Origin: Bacteroidota bacterium
GTDB lineage: Bacteria > Bacteroidota > Bacteroidia > AKYH767-A > 2013-40CM-41-45
Length of the DNA stretch: 46,202 bases
Reading direction: 5' to 3'
Assembly: GCA_031366785.1 (NCBI GenBank)
Contig: JANLOW010000358.1
Span: 1 to 46,202 of the forward strand
Shown: positions 10,194-19,036 of the stretch, in pieces
Layout: each line of letters starts with the position of its first letter
How positions within the stretch are numbered: the first letter of the stretch is position 1
Translations under genes and position numbers: made by a program
Notes under the pieces: model-generated
The model's database searches: none
The model's input: the letters and a program-made list of their open reading frames with translations, nothing else
What the model was told of the DNA's origin: nothing

Positions 10194-10817
10194 TTAATTA
10201 TTTTTTATGATTTTTCTGTATTTTTCAATTAGCTTAAATCCTTTCATGGTTACTATGCCATATAAGAAATGATCAATTAGCGCAAGTTGTACATCAGCTA
10301 TATTAAATAGATCGGGTGGAAAAACAGATGGATGAAAACCCATTTCAACTTCTTCAATTCTTAACCGTGCTATAATTTTTATTTTAAGATCTTTTCTATA
10401 CAATTCCTGCTGTATTCCTCTTTTAAGGTTGTCTTCTACAAAGCCGATCACACATTTTTCTTTAAATATTTTAAATGAGTTCCATGATTCCGGATGATAT
10501 TTCTGAAGATCATAAAAAACGGCAGGATTAACTCTATTGAAAAAGCTTTCAAGATGTGACATTAAATTGAGCATTTCATTGATAGCGTCTTTACTTCCCT
10601 TTTGTATTTCCGCCATATCTTTTTCCTGAATCTTGAGTTCTAAATCAGTAAAAGATTTAACCAAAGTGCCTTTGTCATTATAATACCTGTAAATTGTTTT
10701 TTTTGAAATTCCAAGTTTTGACGCAATGTCATCCATAGTAATTGTACGGATGCCATGTCTGAAAAACAGAGCACCTGTTTCTTTTAATATCCGGTCTTCT
10801 ATTTCTATATTTTTCAT
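10194..10817 (-). CDS. TetR/AcrR-family transcriptional regulator
   Basis: The HTH is ITMDDIASKLGISKKTIYRYYNDK. The track ORF begins at TTG 10889, but ATG 10815-10817 (MKNIEIEDRILKETG) gives a normal ~208 aa TetR and leaves the palindrome at 10835-10864 upstream. Confidence 0.85.
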   Translation of the reverse strand: MKNIEIEDRILKETGALFFRHGIRTITMDDIASKLGISKKTIYRYYNDKGTLVKSFTDLELKIQEKDMAEIQKGSKDAINEMLNLMSHLESFFNRVNPAVFYDLQKYHPESWNSFKIFKEKCVIGFVEDNLKRGIQQELYRKDLKIKIIARLRIEEVEMGFHPSVFPPDLFNIADVQLALIDHFLYGIVTMKGFKLIEKYRKIIKNN

Positions 10818-10834
10818 TGGGGGCTGCAAAACTA

Positions 10835-10864
10835 TGGAAACTTTACAATTACACAAAGTTTCCA
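10835..10864. promoter_or_regulatory. Candidate TetR operator: perfect 10-bp inverted repeat with a 10-bp spacer
   Basis: TGGAAACTTT (10835-10844), acaattacac, AAAGTTTCCA (10855-10864). It sits 18 nt upstream of the TetR ATG in the TetR/purB divergent region. Confidence 0.5.
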
Positions 10865-10941
10865 GAAAATATTTCTCCTTTTCCTTCAATTAGATGATTA
10901 GCTGATTCATTTCGTACATTCGCATCCTCTTTTAAATCAAA

Positions 10942-12285
10942 ATGTCCTTAGATTCCTTAAATGCTATTTCACCGGTTGATGGTAGGTACCATGAGCTGAC
11001 TTCCCCCTTATCGCTTTATTTTTCTGAAGAAGCTTTAATGAAATATAGGCTTCAGGTAGAAATTGAATATTTTATTTCATTATGGGAAATCCCGCTTCCC
11101 TCATTTGAAAAAGTGCAAAGTCCTGATTTCGAAAAACTTCGATCTATTTATAGAGATTTTTCTGCGAAAGATGCTGTTCATATTAAAGAGAAGGAGAAAA
11201 TAACAAATCATGATGTTAAAGCTCTTGAATATTTCCTCAAGGAAAAAATATCAGAAATGGCTTTGGACAATTTTAAGGAATATATTCACTTCGGACTTAC
11301 ATCGCAAGATATTAATAATACAGCTTTTCCATTGGCTTTAAAAGATGCCGTTTCCAATGTGTATCTTCCAACATTACAAAAAGTAATTACAAATATTAAG
11401 TCATTGGCAGAAGAATGGAAAAATCTTCCAATGCTTTCACGTACACATGGACAACCGGCTTCTCCTACTAAATTGGGAAAAGAATTTATGGTCTTTGTTG
11501 AACGTCTCGAAGCACAACTCAAACTCTTTCATCAGATTCCTTTCTCTGCAAAATTCGGAGGAGCAACCGGAAATTTTAATGCCCATCACGTTGCTTTTCC
11601 TTTAATTGATTGGAAAAATTTTGCAAACCGTTTCGTAAATGAAAAACTTGGATTAAATAGGCAGCAAGTCACTACCCAAATCGAACACTACGATAATTTA
11701 TGCGCTCTTTTTGATACTCAAAAAAGGATTAACAATATTCTTATTGATTTAAATCGTGACATCTGGACATATATATCGATGGATTATTTTAAGCAACAGA
11801 TAAAAGAAGGTGAGATTGGTTCTTCGGCAATGCCTCATAAAGTTAATCCAATTGATTTTGAAAACTCCGAAGGAAATCTTGGAATTGCAAATGCCATGTT
11901 CGAACATCTTTCTTCTAAATTACCTATATCGCGTCTTCAAAGAGATTTAACCGACTCTACAGTATTAAGAAATGTTGGAGTTCCTTTTGCTCACACACTA
12001 ATTGCTTTTCAATCATTACTAAAAGGTCTGACAAAACTTGTTGTCAATAAAAATGCTATTGAAAAAGATCTGGAAAATAACTGGGCTGTAGTAGCAGAAG
12101 CCATTCAGACAATTCTTAGACGGGAGAATTATCCTGAACCCTATGAAAAATTAAAAGACCTGACAAGAACAAATAATCAAATCGATAAAAACAGCATAAA
12201 AGATTTCATCGACTCTTTGAAGATCAATGAAAAAATAAAATCCGAATTACGATTAATTACCCCATTTAACTATACAGGAATCTAA
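10942..12285 (+). CDS. purB: Adenylosuccinate lyase
   Basis: The N-terminus is SPVDGRYHELT. The fumarate-lyase signature GSSAMPHKVNP is present. Length is 447 aa. Confidence 0.95.
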   Translation: MSLDSLNAISPVDGRYHELTSPLSLYFSEEALMKYRLQVEIEYFISLWEIPLPSFEKVQSPDFEKLRSIYRDFSAKDAVHIKEKEKITNHDVKALEYFLKEKISEMALDNFKEYIHFGLTSQDINNTAFPLALKDAVSNVYLPTLQKVITNIKSLAEEWKNLPMLSRTHGQPASPTKLGKEFMVFVERLEAQLKLFHQIPFSAKFGGATGNFNAHHVAFPLIDWKNFANRFVNEKLGLNRQQVTTQIEHYDNLCALFDTQKRINNILIDLNRDIWTYISMDYFKQQIKEGEIGSSAMPHKVNPIDFENSEGNLGIANAMFEHLSSKLPISRLQRDLTDSTVLRNVGVPFAHTLIAFQSLLKGLTKLVVNKNAIEKDLENNWAVVAEAIQTILRRENYPEPYEKLKDLTRTNNQIDKNSIKDFIDSLKINEKIKSELRLITPFNYTGI

Positions 12286-12296
12286 GTAATTATTAA

Positions 12297-12331
12297 TCTT
12301 GATTCTTGACTCTTGTTTCTTGTTTCTCCTT
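12297..12331 (+). repeat. Five tandem 7-bp units TCTTGAT TCTTGAC TCTTGTT TCTTGTT TCTCCTT
   Basis: Read directly from the sequence. The array ends 2 nt before ATG 12334. Confidence 0.85.
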
Positions 12332-12333
12332 TC

Positions 12334-13206
12334 ATGAAAGTCTGCGGCTTCACCTTCATTCGTAATGCAATTAAATACGATTATCCGATTGTTGAAGCGA
12401 TAACATCGATACTTCCTTTGTGTGATAAATTTATTGTTGTAGTAGGAAACTCCGAAGATAATACACGCAATCTAATCGAGAGAATAAATCCATCAAAAAT
12501 TAAAATTGTTGAAAGTGTTTGGGATGATTCCCTCCGCGAAAATGGAAAAGTACTTGCTATTGAAACTAATAAGGCCATCGATGAATTACCATCTGATTAC
12601 GATTGGGCTTTTTATATTCAGGGAGATGAAGTTGTTCATGAAAAATATCATTCAACAATACTAAACTCAATGAAAAAGTGGGAGGATGATAAATCTGTAG
12701 ATGGTTTACTTTTTAAATACCTTCATTTTTACGGATCGTATGATTATGTAGGAAATTCAACTCAATGGTACAGAAATGAAGTAAGGATAATCAGATGCAA
12801 TAATGAAATTCGCTCCTTTCGTGATGCACAAGGATTTAAAAAAAATGGAAGTTTGTTAAAAGTAAAAGATTCTGAAGCTGCTATTTTTCACTATGGTTGG
12901 GTAAAACCACCGCAACAACAACAGGAAAAGCAAAAATATTTCAATAAACTGTGGCATACGGATGATTGGCTTAAAAAAAATATTTCTTTAGGAAGCGAAT
13001 TTGATTATTCAAAAATTGATTCATTAAAAAAATTCACAGGAACACATCCTTTGATAATGCAAAATCGAATTCAAAATATTAATTGGAAATTTAATTTTGA
13101 CCCATCAAAGAAAAAACTTTCTCTTAAATCAGGCATAAAATTATTTATCGAAAAATATACAGGATGGCGTCCGGGAGAATATAAAAACTATAGAATTTTA
13201 AAGTAA
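12334..13206 (+). CDS. Glycosyltransferase family 2-like protein (function uncertain)
   Basis: The N-terminal segment MKVCGFTFIRNAIKYDYPIVEAITSILPLCDKFIVVVGNSEDNT and the acidic motif YIQGDEVVHE resemble GT-A fold proteins. ATG 12334 is preferred over the track start at 12313. Confidence 0.5.
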   Translation: MKVCGFTFIRNAIKYDYPIVEAITSILPLCDKFIVVVGNSEDNTRNLIERINPSKIKIVESVWDDSLRENGKVLAIETNKAIDELPSDYDWAFYIQGDEVVHEKYHSTILNSMKKWEDDKSVDGLLFKYLHFYGSYDYVGNSTQWYRNEVRIIRCNNEIRSFRDAQGFKKNGSLLKVKDSEAAIFHYGWVKPPQQQQEKQKYFNKLWHTDDWLKKNISLGSEFDYSKIDSLKKFTGTHPLIMQNRIQNINWKFNFDPSKKKLSLKSGIKLFIEKYTGWRPGEYKNYRILK

Positions 13207-13245
13207 TTTGAGGATTTTTGCGGAAATATGGAATGTTAGTCTCAC

Positions 13246-13723
13246 TTGTTAAAGGAAATCAAAACATACAGTAGACGAATACCCATTGACAATCTAAAAT
13301 TACTTTTGGCCAGAAGCGGAAATCAAAGTGCATTTCATAATTGTTCACATCCTCTCTTTGACGACAACGATTTATTTATCGCACAACTTTGCCATATAGA
13401 AGCTGTTTCCCCGCTCGGACAACGACATAATCCTGACAAATTAAAATTTAAAGAAGCAACATATATATATTCTAATGAAGTTTTTATTGCGCTCGTTAAT
13501 TAAACAAATTCATATTGGGACATATGAGGTGATCGAAAATAAGAAGGATTCGTACTATGACTTCATAAATATATTTATGGATATTTTCGAATCTAAGTTT
13601 AAACAACTGTCGGAATTAGGTATTCAAAAAGAAGATGTTTCAGTTTGCCAAATATATTCTTACGATGGAAAGTGTAATATGGAATATGACCAGATAAGAT
13701 TAAAAAGGGTTATCAGACAATAG
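13246..13723 (+). pseudogene. Decayed HNH-endonuclease-like gene (frameshifted, metal and catalytic ligands substituted)
   Basis: Frame 1 reads LLLARSGNQSAFHNCSHPL...IAQLCHIEAVSPLGQRHNP. This matches the pattern SGxxCAFPGC...AHIxAxSPxGPRxxP of a standalone HNH family, but with Cys replaced by Ser. After a +1 shift near 13470 the text continues LMKFLLRSLIKQIH, against the expected NLxLLCxxCHxxIH with Cys/Cys/His replaced by Leu/Leu/Ile. The track splits it into ORFs 13246-13503 (TTG start) and 13475-13723. Confidence 0.4.
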
Positions 13724-13926
13724 TGTTACATTGTGTATTTCTTGTTATGATACGCAAGACTATCAATCAGAATATTACCTACGCATAAAACTAGCATTAC
13801 CGACATGCTTTATTTCTCTAATTGTTTATATTTGTAATAAAGCACAACGTTAATGTTCCAACGTTGAGCGCAATTGCAGCAGACCCTACAACCTAACAAT
13901 TCACTATAAACATTAAAATAAGTCCA

Positions 13927-15123
13927 ATGGAAAACAAAAAAGTCAATCCGAAAATTCTTAAAAGTAGGTATATACCAACTGCTGAATTTTATAGCCAAAT
14001 AATTGACAGTTTACAAGATTATTCAATTTTTACGTTAGATAAGGAATTCGTTATTAATAGTTGGAGTTCCGGCTCGACAAAAATATTTGGTTACGAAACA
14101 GACGAAGTTATTGGACAACATTTTGATTTAATATTTACAGTGGAAGATATAAAAAATGGTATTCCAAAAAAGGAAATTGAAACAGCTTTAAGAGAAGGCA
14201 GAGCAACAGATAATAGATGGCACATTGTTAAAGACAAGAGCCTGTTTTATGCCTATGGATTGGTTTTCCCACTCATCGGTTTAGAAGGAGAGATGTTGGG
14301 CTATGTTAAAATTTTGCGGGACTTAACAGAAAGGAAACAATCGGAGGATGCAATAAAAAAATATGTAAAAGAATTGGAAGAACTTAACACACATAAAGAG
14401 AGTGTTCTGGCAATACTTTCACACGATTTAAGAAGCCCTCTTTCAGCTATTATTGGTACAGCAAAGTATTTGAAAGAAAATTTTCATAATATGAAGCCCG
14501 ATACTGTCCAAGAAATGCTCGACTTACTTTATAAATCATCAACCGATGAATTAGATATGTTAGATTATTTAGTAGAATGGGCGAGAATAAAATATGCAGC
14601 GGACGCATTTTCTCCAACAAAAATAAAACTAACCGAATACATTGATAAAATTTTTGAAACCTTAAACGAAACTGCCTCAATAAATGCAATAAATCTTCAT
14701 CACGAAATTGAAGAGAACACATCTGTTTTCGCAGATGGTAAAATGTTAATTTCCATCATTCAAAATATCGTATCAAATGCAATAAAACACACAGAAAAAG
14801 GAGGGACAATAACGGTTTCAGCAAAAAGCAAAGACAACAAAATTATTGTTCAGGTTAAGGATACTGGAATTGGAATGTCCAAGGAAATAATGGATAAACT
14901 TTTTACACCACAAATGAAAACTCTTTCTGAAACAAGAAAAAAGAATAAGGGTGCTGGAATTGGATTATTACTGGTAAAAGGATTTTTAGAAAAAAATGGT
15001 GGTGAAATATGGGTAGAAAGTGTTGAAGGTGCGGGTTCCTCTTTTTATTTTACATTACCCATTGACAAACCTTTAAATAAAATAGGAAGTTCAGACGAAA
15101 TTATGTTTGATGAAAGTGCATAA
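13927..15123 (+). CDS. Cytoplasmic PAS-domain sensor histidine kinase, with no adjacent response regulator
   Basis: It has a PAS segment (SIFTLDKEFVINSWSSGSTKIFGYETDEVIGQHFDLIF), an H-box (ILSHDLRSPLSAI), an N-box (NIVSNAIKHT) and G-boxes (DTGIGM, GAGIGLLLV). No TM segments are visible. Confidence 0.85.
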   Translation: MENKKVNPKILKSRYIPTAEFYSQIIDSLQDYSIFTLDKEFVINSWSSGSTKIFGYETDEVIGQHFDLIFTVEDIKNGIPKKEIETALREGRATDNRWHIVKDKSLFYAYGLVFPLIGLEGEMLGYVKILRDLTERKQSEDAIKKYVKELEELNTHKESVLAILSHDLRSPLSAIIGTAKYLKENFHNMKPDTVQEMLDLLYKSSTDELDMLDYLVEWARIKYAADAFSPTKIKLTEYIDKIFETLNETASINAINLHHEIEENTSVFADGKMLISIIQNIVSNAIKHTEKGGTITVSAKSKDNKIIVQVKDTGIGMSKEIMDKLFTPQMKTLSETRKKNKGAGIGLLLVKGFLEKNGGEIWVESVEGAGSSFYFTLPIDKPLNKIGSSDEIMFDESA

Positions 15124-15254
15124 TATAAAGACTGGTAGCGACATTGAAATAGCCACATCGTATAACAGCACATGTGCAATAGGCGGGGTTTATATGTAAG
15201 CCTGCGCTCTAAACGAAATTTCATTAATAATAACAGATGTAGTGTCTTTGGGTT

Positions 15255-15428
15255 ATGACATCTCAACAACTAAATCACGAACTTATTTCGTCGCTAATAC
15301 AATTGAAAGTCAAGAAATTATTGAATTCTCTTGCCCCTCTTAAAGATTCTGTTGAATCTGGTAATTGGTATTCCATGCTATCAGTAAATCAAAAAATGTC
15401 TTTAGAAATTAGAAAGAGGAATTCGTGA
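15255..15428 (+). pseudogene. Remnant of a small antitoxin-like gene (57 codons, C-terminus lost by frameshift)
   Basis: It reads MTSQQLNHELISSLIQLKVKKLLNSLAPLKDSVESGNWYSMLSVNQKMSLEIRKRNS*. The pattern (D/N)W...LS..QK..I resembles Bacteroidota addiction-module antitoxins. The expected continuation GIRDHKKGNTLTSQQF is present in the +1 frame. Confidence 0.4.
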
Positions 15429-15474
15429 TCATAAAAAAGGAAATACTTTGACCAGCCAACAATTTGGCAACGGT

Positions 15475-15675
15475 ATGAGAAATAGAATTAAGGTAATATG
15501 GTAAGGTGAATCAATTCGCAGGACCGATGAAATAATATTATTTCTCTTCGAAAATTGGGCTCAAAAGCAAGTATTAATTTTTTTAATAAACTTAAAATCA
15601 TTTGAAGAAATAGTTTCAAACTTTCCTAAAATATTTCCAGAATCACAGATTAAGAAAGGTTATTGTAAGAAATAA
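15475..15675 (+). pseudogene. Remnant of a RelE/ParE-like toxin gene (in-frame TAA at codon 10, C-terminal half missing)
   Basis: It reads MRNRIKVIW*GESIRRTDEIILFLFENWAQKQVLIFLINLKSFEEIVSNFPKIFPESQIKKGYCKK*. This matches the N-terminal two thirds of the Bacteroidota ParE-like pattern (I.WS..A...L.EI..YL..NWS.K....F...L......IS..P..FP.S). The frame stops at TAA 15502-15504, and the gene ends 12 nt before the lutA stop. Confidence 0.4.
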
Positions 15676-15686
15676 TCATTTCAAAT

Positions 15687-16406
15687 TCACCATCCCGAAG
15701 CCAATACATCCGCAATATGCATTACTTTAATTTTTTTGTTTTGTTTTTTCATATATCCATCCAGGTGCATCAGACAAGATATATCTGTCGATATAATAAT
15801 ATCTGCCGAGGTAGCTTCAACATTTATAATTTTTTGTTCAGCCATTCCAACAGCAATTGCTTCGTATTTGACAGAAAATGTGCCACCAAAACCACAACAT
15901 GTTTCAGTGTCTTGCATCTCTCTTACTTCGAGCCCGCGAACATTCGATAATAATGTACGGGGTTCTTTTTTAATTCCCATTTCTCTAAGTGCACTACACG
16001 AATCATGATAGGTTGCAACACCGTTTAATCGTGCACCGATATCTGTAACATTTAAAACATTTACCAGAAAATCACTAAATTCATAAATATTTTTCTGAAT
16101 ACTTTTAGATTTATTATGTAACACAGAATTATGAAAGATCTCAGGATAATAATTTTTCACCATTCCTGCGCATGAAGCCGAAGGAGTAACGATATATCTT
16201 TCATTAGGAAAATCTGCGATGAATTTTTCAGCTACATCTTTGCATTGCTCCCAAAACCCTGCATTAAAGGCCGGTTGACCACAGCATGTCTGTGCCGGAT
16301 TATAATTAACAGTACAACCTGCTTTTTCCAGAACTTTAATCATATTAAATGCTGCCTCGGGAAAAAGCTGGTCTACAAAACAAGGAATAAAAATATCTAC
16401 AAGCAT
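15687..16406 (-). CDS. lutA: (Fe-S)-binding CCG-domain oxidoreductase subunit, LutA/YkgE-like
   Basis: Two CCG motifs are present: TCCGQPAFNAGF and TCCGFGGTFSVKY. The N-terminus VDIFIPCFVDQLFPE is typical of LutA. Confidence 0.75.
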   Translation of the reverse strand: MLVDIFIPCFVDQLFPEAAFNMIKVLEKAGCTVNYNPAQTCCGQPAFNAGFWEQCKDVAEKFIADFPNERYIVTPSASCAGMVKNYYPEIFHNSVLHNKSKSIQKNIYEFSDFLVNVLNVTDIGARLNGVATYHDSCSALREMGIKKEPRTLLSNVRGLEVREMQDTETCCGFGGTFSVKYEAIAVGMAEQKIINVEATSADIIISTDISCLMHLDGYMKKQNKKIKVMHIADVLASGW

Positions 16407-16450
16407 TATTGTGAATTATGTTTTTTGTTTAAAGTAAAAATTCAGATTCC

Positions 16451-17776
16451 TTACTCGATTATGGATTCAATGGCAGCTATCTTTTCTTTCTTCATGCGAA
16501 GTAACAAAATCAGACCGAGAATGAAAAAGAATGCGAGAACTATAATACTACTTCTCATACTTCCGGTTATTTCATTAATTAACCCAAAAGCAAATGTTCC
16601 AAGAACAGTTCCTAATTTATCACATACATCAAAAAAGCTGAAGTACGAGGCATGATCAATAGTTTCCGGCAATAATTTAGAATAAGTTGATCTTGAAAGT
16701 GATTGTATTCCTCCCATAACTAAACCTACTACTGCAGCAATTTCGATAAACATGGTTTGTTCATCGATACCATATTTTTTATTACAGGCAAAGGCAGCGG
16801 CGCAAATAAATATCCAGATAATTATAGCAATAGAGAGTGCACGGATATTACCCAGTTTTCTCGAAAGAAAACTAAACAGATAAGCTCCCCCGATTGCTAC
16901 AAATTGAATTATTAAAATTACAATTATCAGAATCGAAGAATCCAGATGTAATTCCCCGCTTCCAAATAAGGTTGCAACATACATTACTGTTTGTACTCCC
17001 ATATTATAGAAAAAGAAAGATAGTAGAAAAGTTTTTATGCGACTCAATTGCTTAATTTCATTCCATACTTTTTTTAATTCAAGATAGCCATGGAAAATAA
17101 AACGTCCTTTTTCTTTCTGAATGTTTTTATTTTCACGAAGATGATAAAATGTATATTGAGCAAAACTAAACCACCAAACTCCAACAAGCAGAAAAGCAAT
17201 TCGCGTTGCAAGAGATGTTGCAATTCCACCATACCATTGCGGATATAATATCATTGTTAAACAAAAAATCAGAAGTAACGAACTTCCGATATAACCCATT
17301 GCGAATCCTTTGGCGCTTACTTTATCCTGATCTTCTGTTGATGCTATCTCAGGTAGAAATGCATTGTAGAAAACGATGCTTCCTGCATACCCAATGGCTG
17401 CTAACATAGACCCTATTACTCCAATCCAAAGTGTATGAGTAGAATTAAAGAAAAAAAGTGAAGCACATGAAACAGCACCCAGAGTACTGAAGAAATACAT
17501 AAACTTTTTTTTATTCCCGCTATAATCAGCTATAGAAGATAACAATGGATTAACGGCAGCAATTAATAAAAAGGCTAAAGATATTGCATACGTCTGTAAT
17601 GAATCACTGTTATATGTTCTTCCGATAAATTTGACAGATGAAGATTCAGTGGTAGTTGTAATAGAATGGAAATAAATTGGGAATAATGCGGAAGTTATGA
17701 CAAGTGAATATGCCGAATTTGCCCAGTCATACATGGCCCAGGCATTTATTATTTTCTTGTCTGCAGTCTTTGTCAA
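16451..17776 (-). CDS. MFS transporter, UMF1/Atg22-like family
   Basis: The N-terminal motif is WAMYDWANSAYSLVI and there are about 12 hydrophobic segments. The only available start is TTG 17774-17776. Confidence 0.7.
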   Translation of the reverse strand: MTKTADKKIINAWAMYDWANSAYSLVITSALFPIYFHSITTTTESSSVKFIGRTYNSDSLQTYAISLAFLLIAAVNPLLSSIADYSGNKKKFMYFFSTLGAVSCASLFFFNSTHTLWIGVIGSMLAAIGYAGSIVFYNAFLPEIASTEDQDKVSAKGFAMGYIGSSLLLIFCLTMILYPQWYGGIATSLATRIAFLLVGVWWFSFAQYTFYHLRENKNIQKEKGRFIFHGYLELKKVWNEIKQLSRIKTFLLSFFFYNMGVQTVMYVATLFGSGELHLDSSILIIVILIIQFVAIGGAYLFSFLSRKLGNIRALSIAIIIWIFICAAAFACNKKYGIDEQTMFIEIAAVVGLVMGGIQSLSRSTYSKLLPETIDHASYFSFFDVCDKLGTVLGTFAFGLINEITGSMRSSIIVLAFFFILGLILLLRMKKEKIAAIESIIE

Positions 17777-17903
17777 TTCGATGTTTTCTTTACATGCTCT
17801 GAATTATTCCAATTCAATCGTTCTACAAATTAAACTAAAACAAAAGTATCTTAAGATTTATAAGTTTTCAAATAAACAATCGTAAAGTAAAGAATAACTT
17901 CTC

Positions 17904-18926
17904 TTAAAACCGATAATTTTTTACTGTATCTACAAAAAACTTAACTTTATCTTTTTCTGTATCAGGATAAAGTCCATGGCCTAAATTCGCAATGTATTTT
18001 TCGGGCCCAAATGCTTTTAACATTTTTATTGTTTCTTTCTCGATATTGGCATAATCTGAATAAAGTAAACACGGATCCATATTACCTTGTAAAACTTTAT
18101 TACCTGCCAATTGTCTTGATTCTTTTATATCCATATTCCAATCAAGTCCGATTACTGAACATGATGATAATGCTATATCTTTTCTGGCAAAGAATGCTCC
18201 TTTTGCAAATACAGTTGTAGGAACTTCTTTTATCGATTCAGTAATTTCATTTATATAACGTAATGAAAATTCAGAGTACTGAACCGGAGAAAGAGCACCT
18301 GCCCATGAATCAAATAATTGAATTATGTCTGCGCCGGATTTAATTTGTCCTTTGAGATAGTTGATTGTACTTTTTGTAATTTTATTTAGAAGTTCATGAG
18401 CTAGTTTTGGTTCTGTATATAAAAATTTCTTTGCTTCACTGAATGTTTTACTTCCTTTTCCTTCTATCATATATGATAAAATAGTCCATGGAGCACCTGC
18501 GAAACCAATGACAGGCACACGTCCTTTTAATTCTTTTTTTACTAATGTGATTGCATCCATAACATAAGAAAGGTCATTCTCGGAAATAATTTTTAATTTT
18601 TTTATATCAGCAGCATTTTTTACTGTATTATCAAACCAGGGTCCTTTACTTTCAATGATCTGATAGGTCAATCCCATAGCTTCTGGAATTACAAGAATAT
18701 CGGAAAATATTATTGCAGCATCAACTCCAAGTATATCTACAGGTTGTATGGTGACTTCGGCGGCAAGTTCTGGTGTTTCAACCAGTTTTTTAAATCCACC
18801 GGATTTTTTTCTGACTTCGCGGTATTCCGGAAGTATACGCCCTGCCTGTCGCATGAGCCAAACCGGTGTTCGTTCAGTTTTTTGGCCTTTTGCTGCGCGG
18901 ATTAAAAGATCGTTTTCTAGTTTCAT
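17904..18926 (-). CDS. hemE: Uroporphyrinogen decarboxylase
   Basis: The N-terminus [30 protein letters not shown] is the HemE signature. ATG 18924-18926 (MKLEND) is preferred over the track start at 18950. Confidence 0.92.
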   Translation of the reverse strand: MKLENDLLIRAAKGQKTERTPVWLMRQAGRILPEYREVRKKSGGFKKLVETPELAAEVTIQPVDILGVDAAIIFSDILVIPEAMGLTYQIIESKGPWFDNTVKNAADIKKLKIISENDLSYVMDAITLVKKELKGRVPVIGFAGAPWTILSYMIEGKGSKTFSEAKKFLYTEPKLAHELLNKITKSTINYLKGQIKSGADIIQLFDSWAGALSPVQYSEFSLRYINEITESIKEVPTTVFAKGAFFARKDIALSSCSVIGLDWNMDIKESRQLAGNKVLQGNMDPCLLYSDYANIEKETIKMLKAFGPEKYIANLGHGLYPDTEKDKVKFFVDTVKNYRF

Positions 18927-19036
18927 AAACGGCGAAAGTACAAAGTACAATGTATAATATATATGGTTTTGTAATCTAATTTTTAAAAAAAATGAAAGTG
19001 AATATAGAAGCTTTGTTATTAAGAATTTTTTGCTTA

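Noticed and set aside
13810-13998. 62-aa minus-strand ORF overlapping the histidine kinase start
   Set aside because: It overlaps the kinase N-terminus and the upstream AT-rich spacer. It is Cys/Phe/Tyr-rich with no signals.
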